Source of the DNA: Elusimicrobiota bacterium | GTDB lineage: Bacteria > Elusimicrobiota > Elusimicrobia > Elusimicrobiales > UBA9959 | Length of the DNA: 17,325 nt | Reading direction: 5' to 3' | Assembly (NCBI GenBank): GCA_037137395.1 | Contig: JBAXKK010000056.1 | Coordinates: 1 to 17,325 of the forward strand | In this document: in pieces, positions 1-8,442 of the stretch | Layout: each line of letters opens with the position of its first letter | How positions within the stretch are numbered: the first letter of the stretch is position 1 | Notes under the pieces: generated by a model | Database searches by the model: none | The model's input: the letters and a program-made list of their open reading frames with translations, nothing else | Told to the model about the DNA's origin: nothing | Program-made: the position numbers and the translations under genes

Positions 1-54
1 CCGGTGGTGTGGGAGGGGACGGCAGTCTTCATTGACTGCCGCCCCTATCCCGAT
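1..54 (+). mobile_element. 3' end of a group II intron (3' strand of domain V plus complete domain VI); class C-like
   Basis: CCGGTGGTGT resembles the 3' strand of domain V in class C introns. Stem GGGAGGGGACGGCAGTC (11-27) pairs with GACTGCCGCCCCT-A-TCC (34-50), leaving a bulged A at 47 (branch point), and the intron ends CCCGAT (AY terminus) at 54. The rest lies upstream of the window. Confidence 0.85.
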
Positions 55-165
55 TTACCTGGCTCTATTTGCTAATATATTGAACGGTGGGATAACAAAA
101 CTAAGTTGAAGCCTCTGATAAAAGCAAAAGACATGCGGTTAATGTGATATAAGGAAGGCATAAAA

Positions 166-1053
166 ATGAAAATAAATAAATTAATATCTATCCTGGTACT
201 GGCAGTTATGACCATGGCGCCTTCGGCCGTATTCGCTGAAGCGCAGAACGCGAAAGCCCCGAAGCAGGAAGCCGCCGTTAAAAAAACCGAGAAGCCGGAT
301 TATTCCTTTTTAGACGGGAAGACAGGGGTTGTAATTTTAAACAGACGGAGCGAGGAAAACTTCACGGATATCATAAATACACGGCTTGGCAGCCGGATGA
401 ATAAACTCATATATACCGATTCCATGGCGGGGAGTTTATCCATGCTGAAATCAGGACGGGCTGATTTCATGATGACGCCGAATATTGTCGCGGATTATGT
501 CATTAAAAGAAATCCGGATCTAAAATACATCGCCTTCAATTCTGATCTTAATCTTGTCATGTTGTTAAGAAATTCCGATATAAAACTGAGGGATCTGTTC
601 GATTCGGCCCTGGAGAAACTTAAAGCCTCCGGCAAGCTGGCTGAAGTGTATAAAAAATGGGTAACGGAGCTGCCCGCCGGACAGGACCCGGCTATACCTG
701 CAATTGAAAAGACATCATATCCGGAAACCATTTATGTCGGCGTATCCGGCGATATGCCGCCTCTCGATTATGTCTCGGCGGACGGAAAACCTGCCGGGTA
801 CAACATCGCGTTACTGGTAGAAATCTCCAAAATTATCGGGAAAAACATTGAAGTGCTGTCCCTTGATTCAGGGGGAAGATTCGCAGCCCTGCAATCCAAA
901 AAGATCGATGTTTTTTTCTGGCAGGTGAGACCTAACCGCAAGCTTCAGGAAAGTGTTTATAAAAAAATGGCCGGCGCCAAATCGTTTTCCGAAAAATATA
1001 TATTCACAAAGCCGTACTGCGCCATCAAGGCGGGCGTTCTGCTGAAAAAATAA
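166..1053 (+). CDS. Secreted amino-acid-type substrate-binding protein (SBP_bac_3/PBPb-like), halves in permuted order
   Basis: Signal peptide ending AVFA; motifs LKSGRADF, ALEKLKASGKLAEVYKKW, then VGVSGDMPPLDY..DGKPAGYNI and AALQSKKIDV..FTKPY; RBS-like AAGGAAGG upstream. Confidence 0.8.
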   Translation: MKINKLISILVLAVMTMAPSAVFAEAQNAKAPKQEAAVKKTEKPDYSFLDGKTGVVILNRRSEENFTDIINTRLGSRMNKLIYTDSMAGSLSMLKSGRADFMMTPNIVADYVIKRNPDLKYIAFNSDLNLVMLLRNSDIKLRDLFDSALEKLKASGKLAEVYKKWVTELPAGQDPAIPAIEKTSYPETIYVGVSGDMPPLDYVSADGKPAGYNIALLVEISKIIGKNIEVLSLDSGGRFAALQSKKIDVFFWQVRPNRKLQESVYKKMAGAKSFSEKYIFTKPYCAIKAGVLLKK

Positions 1054-1083
1054 ACCGGGACTGACCGCAAAAGGAGCGGCGCC

Positions 1084-2493
1084 ATGCATAGTGAAAATGA
1101 ACTTCCAGGGAAAGAAAGTTTCCTGGCTGAAACGGGGCTTGCGTTCGCCCGCTGGACAGAGCGCTGGTTCCCCGACGCTTTTGTTTTCGCGCTGCTGGGC
1201 GTGGTTACGGTTTTTTCTTTCGGCCTGCTGATAGGCGAAGCCCCGGCCCGTCTTGCCGTAGAGGGCGGCAAGGCGTTCTGGTCGCTTGTGCCCTTTACGA
1301 TGCAGATGGCGATGGTTATTATCGGCGGCTATGTTCTGGCAAGCGCGCCGCCGGTTTACCGGCTCATACAAAAACTGGCGGAGATCCCCAAAACCCCTAA
1401 AGGCGCGGTGGCCTTCATCGCTATCTTTTCCATGCTATCCTCGCTGCTGTCGTGGGGGTTCAGCCTCATATTCAGCGGGATTTTGGCCCGGGAATTGTCT
1501 TCCAGGGTCAAAGGGATGGATTATCGAGCCGCGGGCGCGGCGGCCTATCTCGGGCTGGGCGCGGTGTGGGCTTGCGGGCTGTCTTCTTCGGCAGCGCTTT
1601 TGATGGCGACGCAAACAGCTATCCCGCCCAAACTCTTTGAGATAAGCGGTTTGATCCCGCTGACCCAGACTATCTTTATGTGGCAGAGCGTAGTGGTCGC
1701 AGCGCTGCTTATCGTGGTTTCCGTTATAATAGCGTATTTCTCCGCGCCCTCCGCCGCTAATGCGCGCACCGCTCTGGATTTCGGCATCGAGCATAAGTCC
1801 CTGAACATGAAGCTTTCGCCGCGCACGAAACCAGGGGAATGGCTGGAGTACAGCCCGCTGCCGACCCTGGCCGTAGCGGCGATACTGATCTGGTATCTTG
1901 CGGATATATTCAGGACGTCGCCCAGCGGAGCGCTCGCCGCGCTGGATCTAAACACCTATAATATTATTTTTCTGACGGCAGGATTATTATTTCACTGGCG
2001 CCCCAAGCGCTTTATGCGCGCCGTGTCGCAGTCAATACCCGCTACGGGCGGCGTGCTGATACAGTTCCCTTTTTACGCGGTGATATTCGGCATGATAACC
2101 GGCACCGGCATATCAGACTTTTTGGCCCACCTGTTCGTTTCCCTCAGCACGCGCGACACCTATTCGCTGCTGGTCGCCGCCTATTCCGCGGTGCTGGGAA
2201 TTTTTGTGCCGTCCGGCGGAAGCAAATGGATCATCGAGGCGCCCTATGTGCTGCAGGCGGCGACTCTGCACCAGGTGCATCTGGGGTGGGTGGTGCAGAT
2301 CTACAACGCTTCGGAGGCGCTGCCCAATCTGATCAATCCGTTCTGGATGCTGCCGCTGCTGGGAATACTCGGCCTGAAAGCCAGGGACCTGATCGGCTAC
2401 TGCTGCCTTCAGCTTATAGTTCATGTGCCGCTGGTGTTTTTCCTGTGCTGGCTTTTCACCTACACGCTGACATATATACCGCCCATAAGGTAG
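1084..2493 (+). CDS. atoE: Short-chain fatty acid transporter, AtoE family
   Basis: ERWFPDAFVFA, FTMQMAMV, GLSSSAALL, LIQFPFYA, FVPSGGSKW and NLINPFWMLPLL motifs; polytopic membrane protein; AAGGAG RBS. Confidence 0.85.
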   Translation: MHSENELPGKESFLAETGLAFARWTERWFPDAFVFALLGVVTVFSFGLLIGEAPARLAVEGGKAFWSLVPFTMQMAMVIIGGYVLASAPPVYRLIQKLAEIPKTPKGAVAFIAIFSMLSSLLSWGFSLIFSGILARELSSRVKGMDYRAAGAAAYLGLGAVWACGLSSSAALLMATQTAIPPKLFEISGLIPLTQTIFMWQSVVVAALLIVVSVIIAYFSAPSAANARTALDFGIEHKSLNMKLSPRTKPGEWLEYSPLPTLAVAAILIWYLADIFRTSPSGALAALDLNTYNIIFLTAGLLFHWRPKRFMRAVSQSIPATGGVLIQFPFYAVIFGMITGTGISDFLAHLFVSLSTRDTYSLLVAAYSAVLGIFVPSGGSKWIIEAPYVLQAATLHQVHLGWVVQIYNASEALPNLINPFWMLPLLGILGLKARDLIGYCCLQLIVHVPLVFFLCWLFTYTLTYIPPIR

Positions 2494-2548
2494 CTACGAC
2501 GGTAAAAAAGCGTTAAACAACATTCCTCAGGCTGGAAACCGGCTGTTT

Positions 2549-2577
2549 TAGACACGCCAAAAATCGTAAGATATATC
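2549..2577 (+). promoter_or_regulatory. Possible sigma70-type promoter for DUF47-pit
   Basis: TAGACA (2549-2554), 17-nt spacer, TATATC (2572-2577); each box is 5/6 or 4/6 to consensus. Confidence 0.3.
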
Positions 2578-2605
2578 AAAATCAATTGCTATCGAGGTTT
2601 AAACT

Positions 2606-3220
2606 ATGGGATTCTCCTTATTTCCGAAGAACATCAAGTTTTTTGAGTATTTTCAGAGGCAGCAAAAGCTGGTGGCGCAAGCTGCCGACGTGTTATTATC
2701 GCTCTCTTCAGGCGCCGGCGCGGCGGTGGATCACTGCGGACGACTCCACACTATCGAGGCCGAGGGAAATTTGCTGGTCCGGGAAATATCGCGGCTGCTC
2801 GCCGAGACTTTTATCACTCCTATAGACCGCGAGGACGTGTACCGCATCGCCAACGGCTACGAAGAGCTGCTTAACCAAATTCGCGCGATCGGAGTAAGAA
2901 TAGGTTTGTACCGCGCGGGTAAGAATAATGTTACCACGCGCGAACTGGCGGACGACTTCAAAAGCATGATCGCGAACTGCGCGATACTGCTTGACGGTAT
3001 CGCCGCCGACACTTATTCTGAAGCCCCGATGAACGATATTATCAGGTTAAAAACGGAAAGCGATAATATGCTGCTGGTGGCCATGGGGGAACTGCAGGAA
3101 CGCGCCCCTGCCGGAGAGACGCTGTCCGAAGCTCAGATCCTTGACCGCTGTGAGACGCTGCTCGTCACGGCTGAGCGCTTCGCTTACACGCTTGAGGCAA
3201 TAGGCATTAAAAATGTTTGA
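2606..3220 (+). CDS. DUF47 / PhoU-like phosphate transport regulator
   Basis: LFPKNIKFFEYF N-terminus, E.EG....REI...L.ETFITPIDRED motif, C-terminal IKN; overlaps the pit start by 8 nt. Confidence 0.9.
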   Translation: MGFSLFPKNIKFFEYFQRQQKLVAQAADVLLSLSSGAGAAVDHCGRLHTIEAEGNLLVREISRLLAETFITPIDREDVYRIANGYEELLNQIRAIGVRIGLYRAGKNNVTTRELADDFKSMIANCAILLDGIAADTYSEAPMNDIIRLKTESDNMLLVAMGELQERAPAGETLSEAQILDRCETLLVTAERFAYTLEAIGIKNV

Positions 3221-4241
3221 TATCCCGATACTGCTGCTGTGTATCATAATCATCGCCCTGGTGTTTGATTATACGAACGGGGCGCATGACACGGGCAACG
3301 TTATCGCCACGGTAATAGCGACGCGCGCCCTGACGCCGAAACAGGCCGTGGTGATGGCCTCGCTGTTGAATTTTGCCGGAGCTATGGTAGGCAACAAAGT
3401 GGCGCTCACAGTGGGAACCGGCATCCTGAACACGGCCCTTATCATGAACTGCAAACTGCTGGTGCTTGCCGCGCTGCTCGGAGCTATTTTCTGGAATATT
3501 CTCACCTGGATTCTCGGACTGCCTTCATCTTCATCGCACGCTCTGGTGGGGGGATTGATAGGCGCCGGGCTGGCCTACGGCGGATGGGGAACGCTGGAAT
3601 ACGCGAGTATTTTCTGGAAAGTGATAGTCCCGATTTTCGCTTCGCCGCTGGCCGGGTTTATAGTCGGTTATCTTGCCACGCTCGGCCTGGCCTGGGCGTG
3701 CACCAAAGCCAAGCCTAAACCCGCGAACCGCGCCTTCCGCAGACTGCAGATCATATCGTCTTCAGTAATGGCGTTCAGCCACGGAATGAACGATGCCCAG
3801 AAGACAATGGGCATTATCACGCTGGCTCTGTTTATTTTTGGAAGAATTCCGGTCATAGCCGTGCCGCTATGGGTTAAGGTCGTATGCGCTATAGTAATGA
3901 TGCTGGGAACCATAACCGGGGGCTGGAAAATAGTTAAGACGATGGGGAGCAAATTTTTCAGAATGGAGCCCCTGCACGGGTTTTCCATCCAGACCGCCTC
4001 GGCGCTGGTCATAGAGGGCGCTACTCATTTTGGCGCGCCTATCAGCACAACTCATGTAATATCTTCAGCGGTACTAGGCTCCGGCTCGGTGCGCAACATC
4101 TCGGCAGTGCGCTGGGGCGTGGCTAAAAAGATGGTGACCGCGTGGGTCCTGACTCTGCCCGCCGCCGCGCTTGTAGGGGCGCTGATGTTCTGGCTGCTGC
4201 AGTTTATTGCCAACTGGTACGGGACACTGGCGACCAAGTAA
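3213..4241 (+). CDS. pit: Inorganic phosphate transporter, PiT family
   Basis: NGAHDTGNVIAT, GLPSSSSHALVGG, HGMNDAQKTMG, GAPISTTH and WVLTLP signature motifs. Confidence 0.93.
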   Translation: MFDIPILLLCIIIIALVFDYTNGAHDTGNVIATVIATRALTPKQAVVMASLLNFAGAMVGNKVALTVGTGILNTALIMNCKLLVLAALLGAIFWNILTWILGLPSSSSHALVGGLIGAGLAYGGWGTLEYASIFWKVIVPIFASPLAGFIVGYLATLGLAWACTKAKPKPANRAFRRLQIISSSVMAFSHGMNDAQKTMGIITLALFIFGRIPVIAVPLWVKVVCAIVMMLGTITGGWKIVKTMGSKFFRMEPLHGFSIQTASALVIEGATHFGAPISTTHVISSAVLGSGSVRNISAVRWGVAKKMVTAWVLTLPAAALVGALMFWLLQFIANWYGTLATK

Positions 4242-4284
4242 TTAGCCCTCCCCATAGCCATTTTCACCACGGGTTGAATATCAA

Positions 4285-5604
4285 ATGAACATGCGAGACC
4301 TGGATATTCTGCTGGTTAACGATGAGGACTACCCCGCTCCTGGTGTGGGATATTCCGCTCTGGCGCGTATCCGCACCGCTATAATCCGGGCAACCCGCTA
4401 CCTTGACGCCACCATGCCGCCCCGAATGGGGCTCGTGTTGCTGGCCACCTACGCCATAAGCGCCGGCCTTAAAGTCGCGGTGGTAAACAATGTCCTGTCC
4501 TCACCTCTGCGCCGGCTGCGCTTTCGCCGACTGCTGCGCGGCGCGCCGTTTGCCGTAGGAATAAGCACGGTCATGATAAGCGATCCTGAAACGGTCAGGA
4601 GAATAGTGTCCGTTATCAGACGCCACAGCCCAGGGTCTATAATAATTCTGGGCGGCTACGGCGCCTGCCACTCGCCGGCCATGAGAAAACTGGCCGATAT
4701 AACCGTCCTCGGCTACGGCGAGAACGCCCTGGTCAGGCTTTTATCGGAACTGAAGAAGGGCCGGGATCCCGATTCCGTTCCCGGCGTGGAGCGAGACGAG
4801 GCCGGGGGGAGAATACTGCGGGGCGGCGCCTATTATGAAGAGGGACAAATCCTGTTTCCCGACTGGGAAATTTCTAACAGTTTGAGCAAGAGGTTTCCCG
4901 TGGAGGGGTCAAGGGGCTGCAAATATAACTGCGCGTTCTGCACGACCTCAAACAGAAAGCGGCAGGTCTTCAGGCCGCCCTCCGAGGTTTTAGCGGAGGT
5001 AGCTAACGACATCAGGGTCCATGGCGCCAGACAGACAGATTTTGTCGACTCCAGCTTTACCTCCGATCCGGATTTTATAACCGAATTCCTCGGACTGCTC
5101 CGCGGGTCCGGGCTTAAATTTAGTTGGACCTGCTTCTCGCGGGTGGATGATTTCACCCGTCAGCCGGGGCTGCCGGGGCGGATGGCGGAAGCGGGCTGCG
5201 TGCTCAGTTATCTGGGCGTTGAATCCATCCACGATGATATCCTGGACAGAATGCGCAAAGGTTACCACCGGCAGACGATAGAGCAATCCCTCTCAAGCCT
5301 GGAAGGCCTCAACGTCTTCGTAAATTTTATCATCGGCTTCCCGGGCGACACGGAGGCGAAGGTAAAGGAAACGGTTGATTTTATAGAGAGCCACTCGCTA
5401 AAGCAGGTGAGCATCGCGCCCCTGTATGTCCCGGCCGAACTCTTCGAGCAGGCCCGGCTTGATCCCGGAAAGTTCTGCCATCTCAGAGGGGAAGCCGACA
5501 ACGCGTGGGAGCATGACACCATGGACCGCGCCCGCGCGGTGGAGCTGGCCGGGTGGGCGCGCCGCCGCCTCAACCGCCGCAGATTAATCCCGGTGGCCTA
5601 TTAA
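4285..5604 (+). CDS. B12-binding domain radical SAM protein
   Basis: SRGCKYNCAFC (CxxxCxxC); N-terminal cobalamin-binding-like segments (MGLVLLATY, VGIS, IILGG); LGVES..D.IL..MRKG and FIIGFPGDT motifs. Confidence 0.85.
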   Translation: MNMRDLDILLVNDEDYPAPGVGYSALARIRTAIIRATRYLDATMPPRMGLVLLATYAISAGLKVAVVNNVLSSPLRRLRFRRLLRGAPFAVGISTVMISDPETVRRIVSVIRRHSPGSIIILGGYGACHSPAMRKLADITVLGYGENALVRLLSELKKGRDPDSVPGVERDEAGGRILRGGAYYEEGQILFPDWEISNSLSKRFPVEGSRGCKYNCAFCTTSNRKRQVFRPPSEVLAEVANDIRVHGARQTDFVDSSFTSDPDFITEFLGLLRGSGLKFSWTCFSRVDDFTRQPGLPGRMAEAGCVLSYLGVESIHDDILDRMRKGYHRQTIEQSLSSLEGLNVFVNFIIGFPGDTEAKVKETVDFIESHSLKQVSIAPLYVPAELFEQARLDPGKFCHLRGEADNAWEHDTMDRARAVELAGWARRRLNRRRLIPVAY

Positions 5605-5642
5605 CCTGAAAATCTGCATTGCGCCCAAAGGCTCGTAAGACT

Positions 5643-5885
5643 AAGTCGTCTCTCCGGCTCCGTCTCCCCGGCTCGTCTTTCCCAATCCGTCTTTCCGGCG
5701 AAAGCCGGAATCCAGATTTTCTTGATGCTGGATACCGGCTTTCGCCGGTAGGACGATCAGCCTCTCCCCCAGTTTCACGGTGGGGCAGGCGGCTTTCCTT
5801 CTTCACCCGACTGCGAAGGACAGGCCGCCGGGGAGACATTAAAAGCTTAACCAGAACGATGAAAAATGTCTCTACGAGACCTCCG
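5643..5885 (+). repeat. CGTC-tagged REP-like composite palindromic element, copy 1 (with internal extra sequence)
   Basis: CGTC-TTTCCGGCGAAAGCCGGAATCCAG ... CTGGATACCGGCTTTCGCCGGTAGGACG dimer (5688-5755); head and tail are shared with 13222-13353. Confidence 0.8.
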
Positions 5886-5969
5886 CCTTACACTTTTGGG
5901 AGTGCTATTTTTTAGTATTATATTTTTAGAGCGCGGCGACCACATCACAGATCGCGACATCGAGGAAAA

Positions 5970-8393
5970 ATGAAAAAGATAATCGGATTTATTTTCGCGG
6001 CAATTATAGCCCTCTCATCCGCGGCTGCAGCGGGTGGGGGCAAGGTCCTGCTGGCACACAGCTACAACACCGGCTATCCATGGGTGGACAGCATTACCAG
6101 GGGCGTTAAGAAAGCCCTGGCCGGCAGCGGGATAGAGCTTAAAATTTTCTACATGGACACAAAGCGGAATGCCAGCCCAGAATGGAAAATCAAGTCGGGA
6201 GAAATGGCAATGGAACAGGTGAGAGCTTTAAATCCGGACGTGGTGATCGCCGTGGACGACAATGCGCAGGAATTTTTCGCCAGGAAACTGGCGGGACAGG
6301 CAAGGCCGCAGGTCGTTTTTCTGGGAGTCAACGCCGCCCCGGCCAAATACGGCTACCCGGCGGCAAATATTACCGGAATACTGGAAAGGCCGCTAGTGGC
6401 TGAAACGATGAATCTTCTTAAAGAAATATATCCGCGGGCGCAAACCGCGGCCTTTATCACCGATAAGAGCGAAACATCGGACGGGGTAATTGAGCATATC
6501 AAATCTCTAAAAAATCTTCCCCTGCGGATAGTCGCCATTGAACAGCCGGAAACATTCAAGGACTGGCAGGAAGCCGTGAACAGAGCCCAATTAACAGCGG
6601 ACGCGGTGATTTTCTCCACCTATCACACGGTCCGCAGGGGAAATGAGAAGCTGAGCATGGCTCCCCTGGGAGTAATAAAATGGACTCTGGCAAACAATAA
6701 AAAGCCTTCAGCCGGATTGCTGGAATTCAACATGGAGGACGGCGTCCTGTGCGGCGTGGCGGATTCCGGGGAAGAATACGGCATAGAGGGGGGAGAGACA
6801 GCCCGGCAGATGATTGCAGCCGGGAAAACAGCAAAAGACTTCCCAATAAAAGCTTCCGGGAAAGGGATCAGGATGATCAACATCTCCGCAGCCGCAAAAC
6901 TGGGAATAAGCGTCCCCGCCGGGGCAGCGCTATCCGCCGACAGGATAGTTTCCGATTTAAAAACAGATCCCCGCACCACGCTCTCGGCCCTTGTCGCCTT
7001 CGCTGATGAACATATCACGGGCGCGCTGAACGGACTTCGACTGCTTTCCGTAACGGAACCGGTCATGGACGGGGACTGGGAAAGCATGAAGCCGCTGCTT
7101 TCAAAATTCTCTGAAAACATTTCCGGGGCCGTATGGTTTGCCCGCGCGGACGGAACTTACTTTACGACGGAGCAAGGGCTGGCGAAACAAAAAATAAGCG
7201 ACCGACCGTATTTTGAGCCCCTTATGAAAGGCCATATTATAGCCGGGGAACTTGTAATAAGCCGGTCCACAGGCAAAAAATCCGCAGTTATAGCGGTGCC
7301 TGTGCTAAAATCAGGCCGGGTGATAGGCGCTATAGGTGCATCGCTTTCCCTGGAGAAGATGTCCGCTTTAATTGATGAAGCAATACGCCTCCCTGAAAAC
7401 ATGTTCTTTTACGCGCTGGACGACAACGGCCGCACCGCCCTGCACCGCGACCCGGCAAGGATGCTGGAATTTGCCGGCGCCCAAAACAGCGCGCCGCTGG
7501 CGCAGGCGGCGGGAGAGATGACCGCCAAACCCGAAGGGATCGTTTCATATGAATTTGACGGAATGTTAAAAACGGTTTTCTATAAAAGATCAGCGCTGAC
7601 CAACTGGCACTTCGCACTGGGGTTTCAAGAGCCGGCTTCAAACCCGGGCAACCGAACCGAGGTTGATCCTGAAAACACGCTTATAGCCCTGAAGGAACAG
7701 ATCGATTCGCTGTTCGGCAAAGCAGATTCGGCGATGGCTCTGGCGGCGGGGGAACTCGCTAAAACCGGACTTGCCGGGGAGGGAGCGGCGAGAATTTTAA
7801 AAGACCTGTGTGCCGCTAATCCGCAGGCGGTTGACTGCGCGGCCGTGGACGCAAAAGGGATAATGGTAATCGTTGAACCCGGCGAATATAAGAATTTTGA
7901 AGGGGCGGATATCAGTTCTCAGGACCAGATAATTGAACTCCGCCGGACTAAAAAGCCAGTATTAAGCAAGGTGTTCCGCTCGGTGGAGGGCTTTGAAGCT
8001 GTTGACCTTGAGTATCCGGTATTTTCACCCGACGGGCAGCTTGCCGGTTCTGTGAGCTTATTGCTCAGGCCGGATTTTTTTCTGGCATCAATAATAGCGC
8101 AGGCCACGCAGGGATCACTTATTGACGCTTGGCTGATGCAGACGGACGGGCGCATTCTGTACGACCGGGAGCGGGAAGAAATCGGCAGGATGCTGTTCAG
8201 CGATCCGCTTTACAAGCCTTTTCCGGGCCTGCTGGAAATCGGGAGAAAAATAGCTTCTGACGAAACCGGCAGCGGGAGCTACGAGTTTCTGGGCCAGGGG
8301 CTGCAGAAGCCGGTGAAAAAAACCGCTTTCTGGACGAGCGTCGGAATTCACGGAACGCGGTGGCGCCTGATAGTAATAAAACAGGCGCAATAA
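5970..8393 (+). CDS. Secreted fusion protein: ABC-type substrate-binding domain plus two dCache-like domains
   Basis: Signal peptide. VLLAHSY..GYPW..I, FYMDTKR, PDVVIAVDDNA and VFLGVN are ABC_sub_bind-like. ISDRPYF..SRSTGK....AVPV and ADISSQDQI...KPVLSKVFRSVEG, LMQTDGRILYD are Cache-like. No later TM helix seen. Confidence 0.7.
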   Translation: MKKIIGFIFAAIIALSSAAAAGGGKVLLAHSYNTGYPWVDSITRGVKKALAGSGIELKIFYMDTKRNASPEWKIKSGEMAMEQVRALNPDVVIAVDDNAQEFFARKLAGQARPQVVFLGVNAAPAKYGYPAANITGILERPLVAETMNLLKEIYPRAQTAAFITDKSETSDGVIEHIKSLKNLPLRIVAIEQPETFKDWQEAVNRAQLTADAVIFSTYHTVRRGNEKLSMAPLGVIKWTLANNKKPSAGLLEFNMEDGVLCGVADSGEEYGIEGGETARQMIAAGKTAKDFPIKASGKGIRMINISAAAKLGISVPAGAALSADRIVSDLKTDPRTTLSALVAFADEHITGALNGLRLLSVTEPVMDGDWESMKPLLSKFSENISGAVWFARADGTYFTTEQGLAKQKISDRPYFEPLMKGHIIAGELVISRSTGKKSAVIAVPVLKSGRVIGAIGASLSLEKMSALIDEAIRLPENMFFYALDDNGRTALHRDPARMLEFAGAQNSAPLAQAAGEMTAKPEGIVSYEFDGMLKTVFYKRSALTNWHFALGFQEPASNPGNRTEVDPENTLIALKEQIDSLFGKADSAMALAAGELAKTGLAGEGAARILKDLCAANPQAVDCAAVDAKGIMVIVEPGEYKNFEGADISSQDQIIELRRTKKPVLSKVFRSVEGFEAVDLEYPVFSPDGQLAGSVSLLLRPDFFLASIIAQATQGSLIDAWLMQTDGRILYDREREEIGRMLFSDPLYKPFPGLLEIGRKIASDETGSGSYEFLGQGLQKPVKKTAFWTSVGIHGTRWRLIVIKQAQ

Positions 8394-8442
8394 GAACCAT
8401 TGAAGTCGGCCATCATCTTATCATTGTTAATGGCGCAAAGTT

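Noticed and set aside
55..165. Integron attC site as the intron target
   Set aside because: No GTTRRRY/RYYYAAC-bounded palindrome at the intron 3' junction.
5570..5915. Short ORFs 5570-5839 (-) and 5619-5915 (+)
   Set aside because: Arg/Pro/Ser-rich translations of the palindromic repeat.
8394..8442. Purine riboswitch upstream of the NCS2 permease
   Set aside because: The spacer is only 49 nt and lacks the aptamer consensus.
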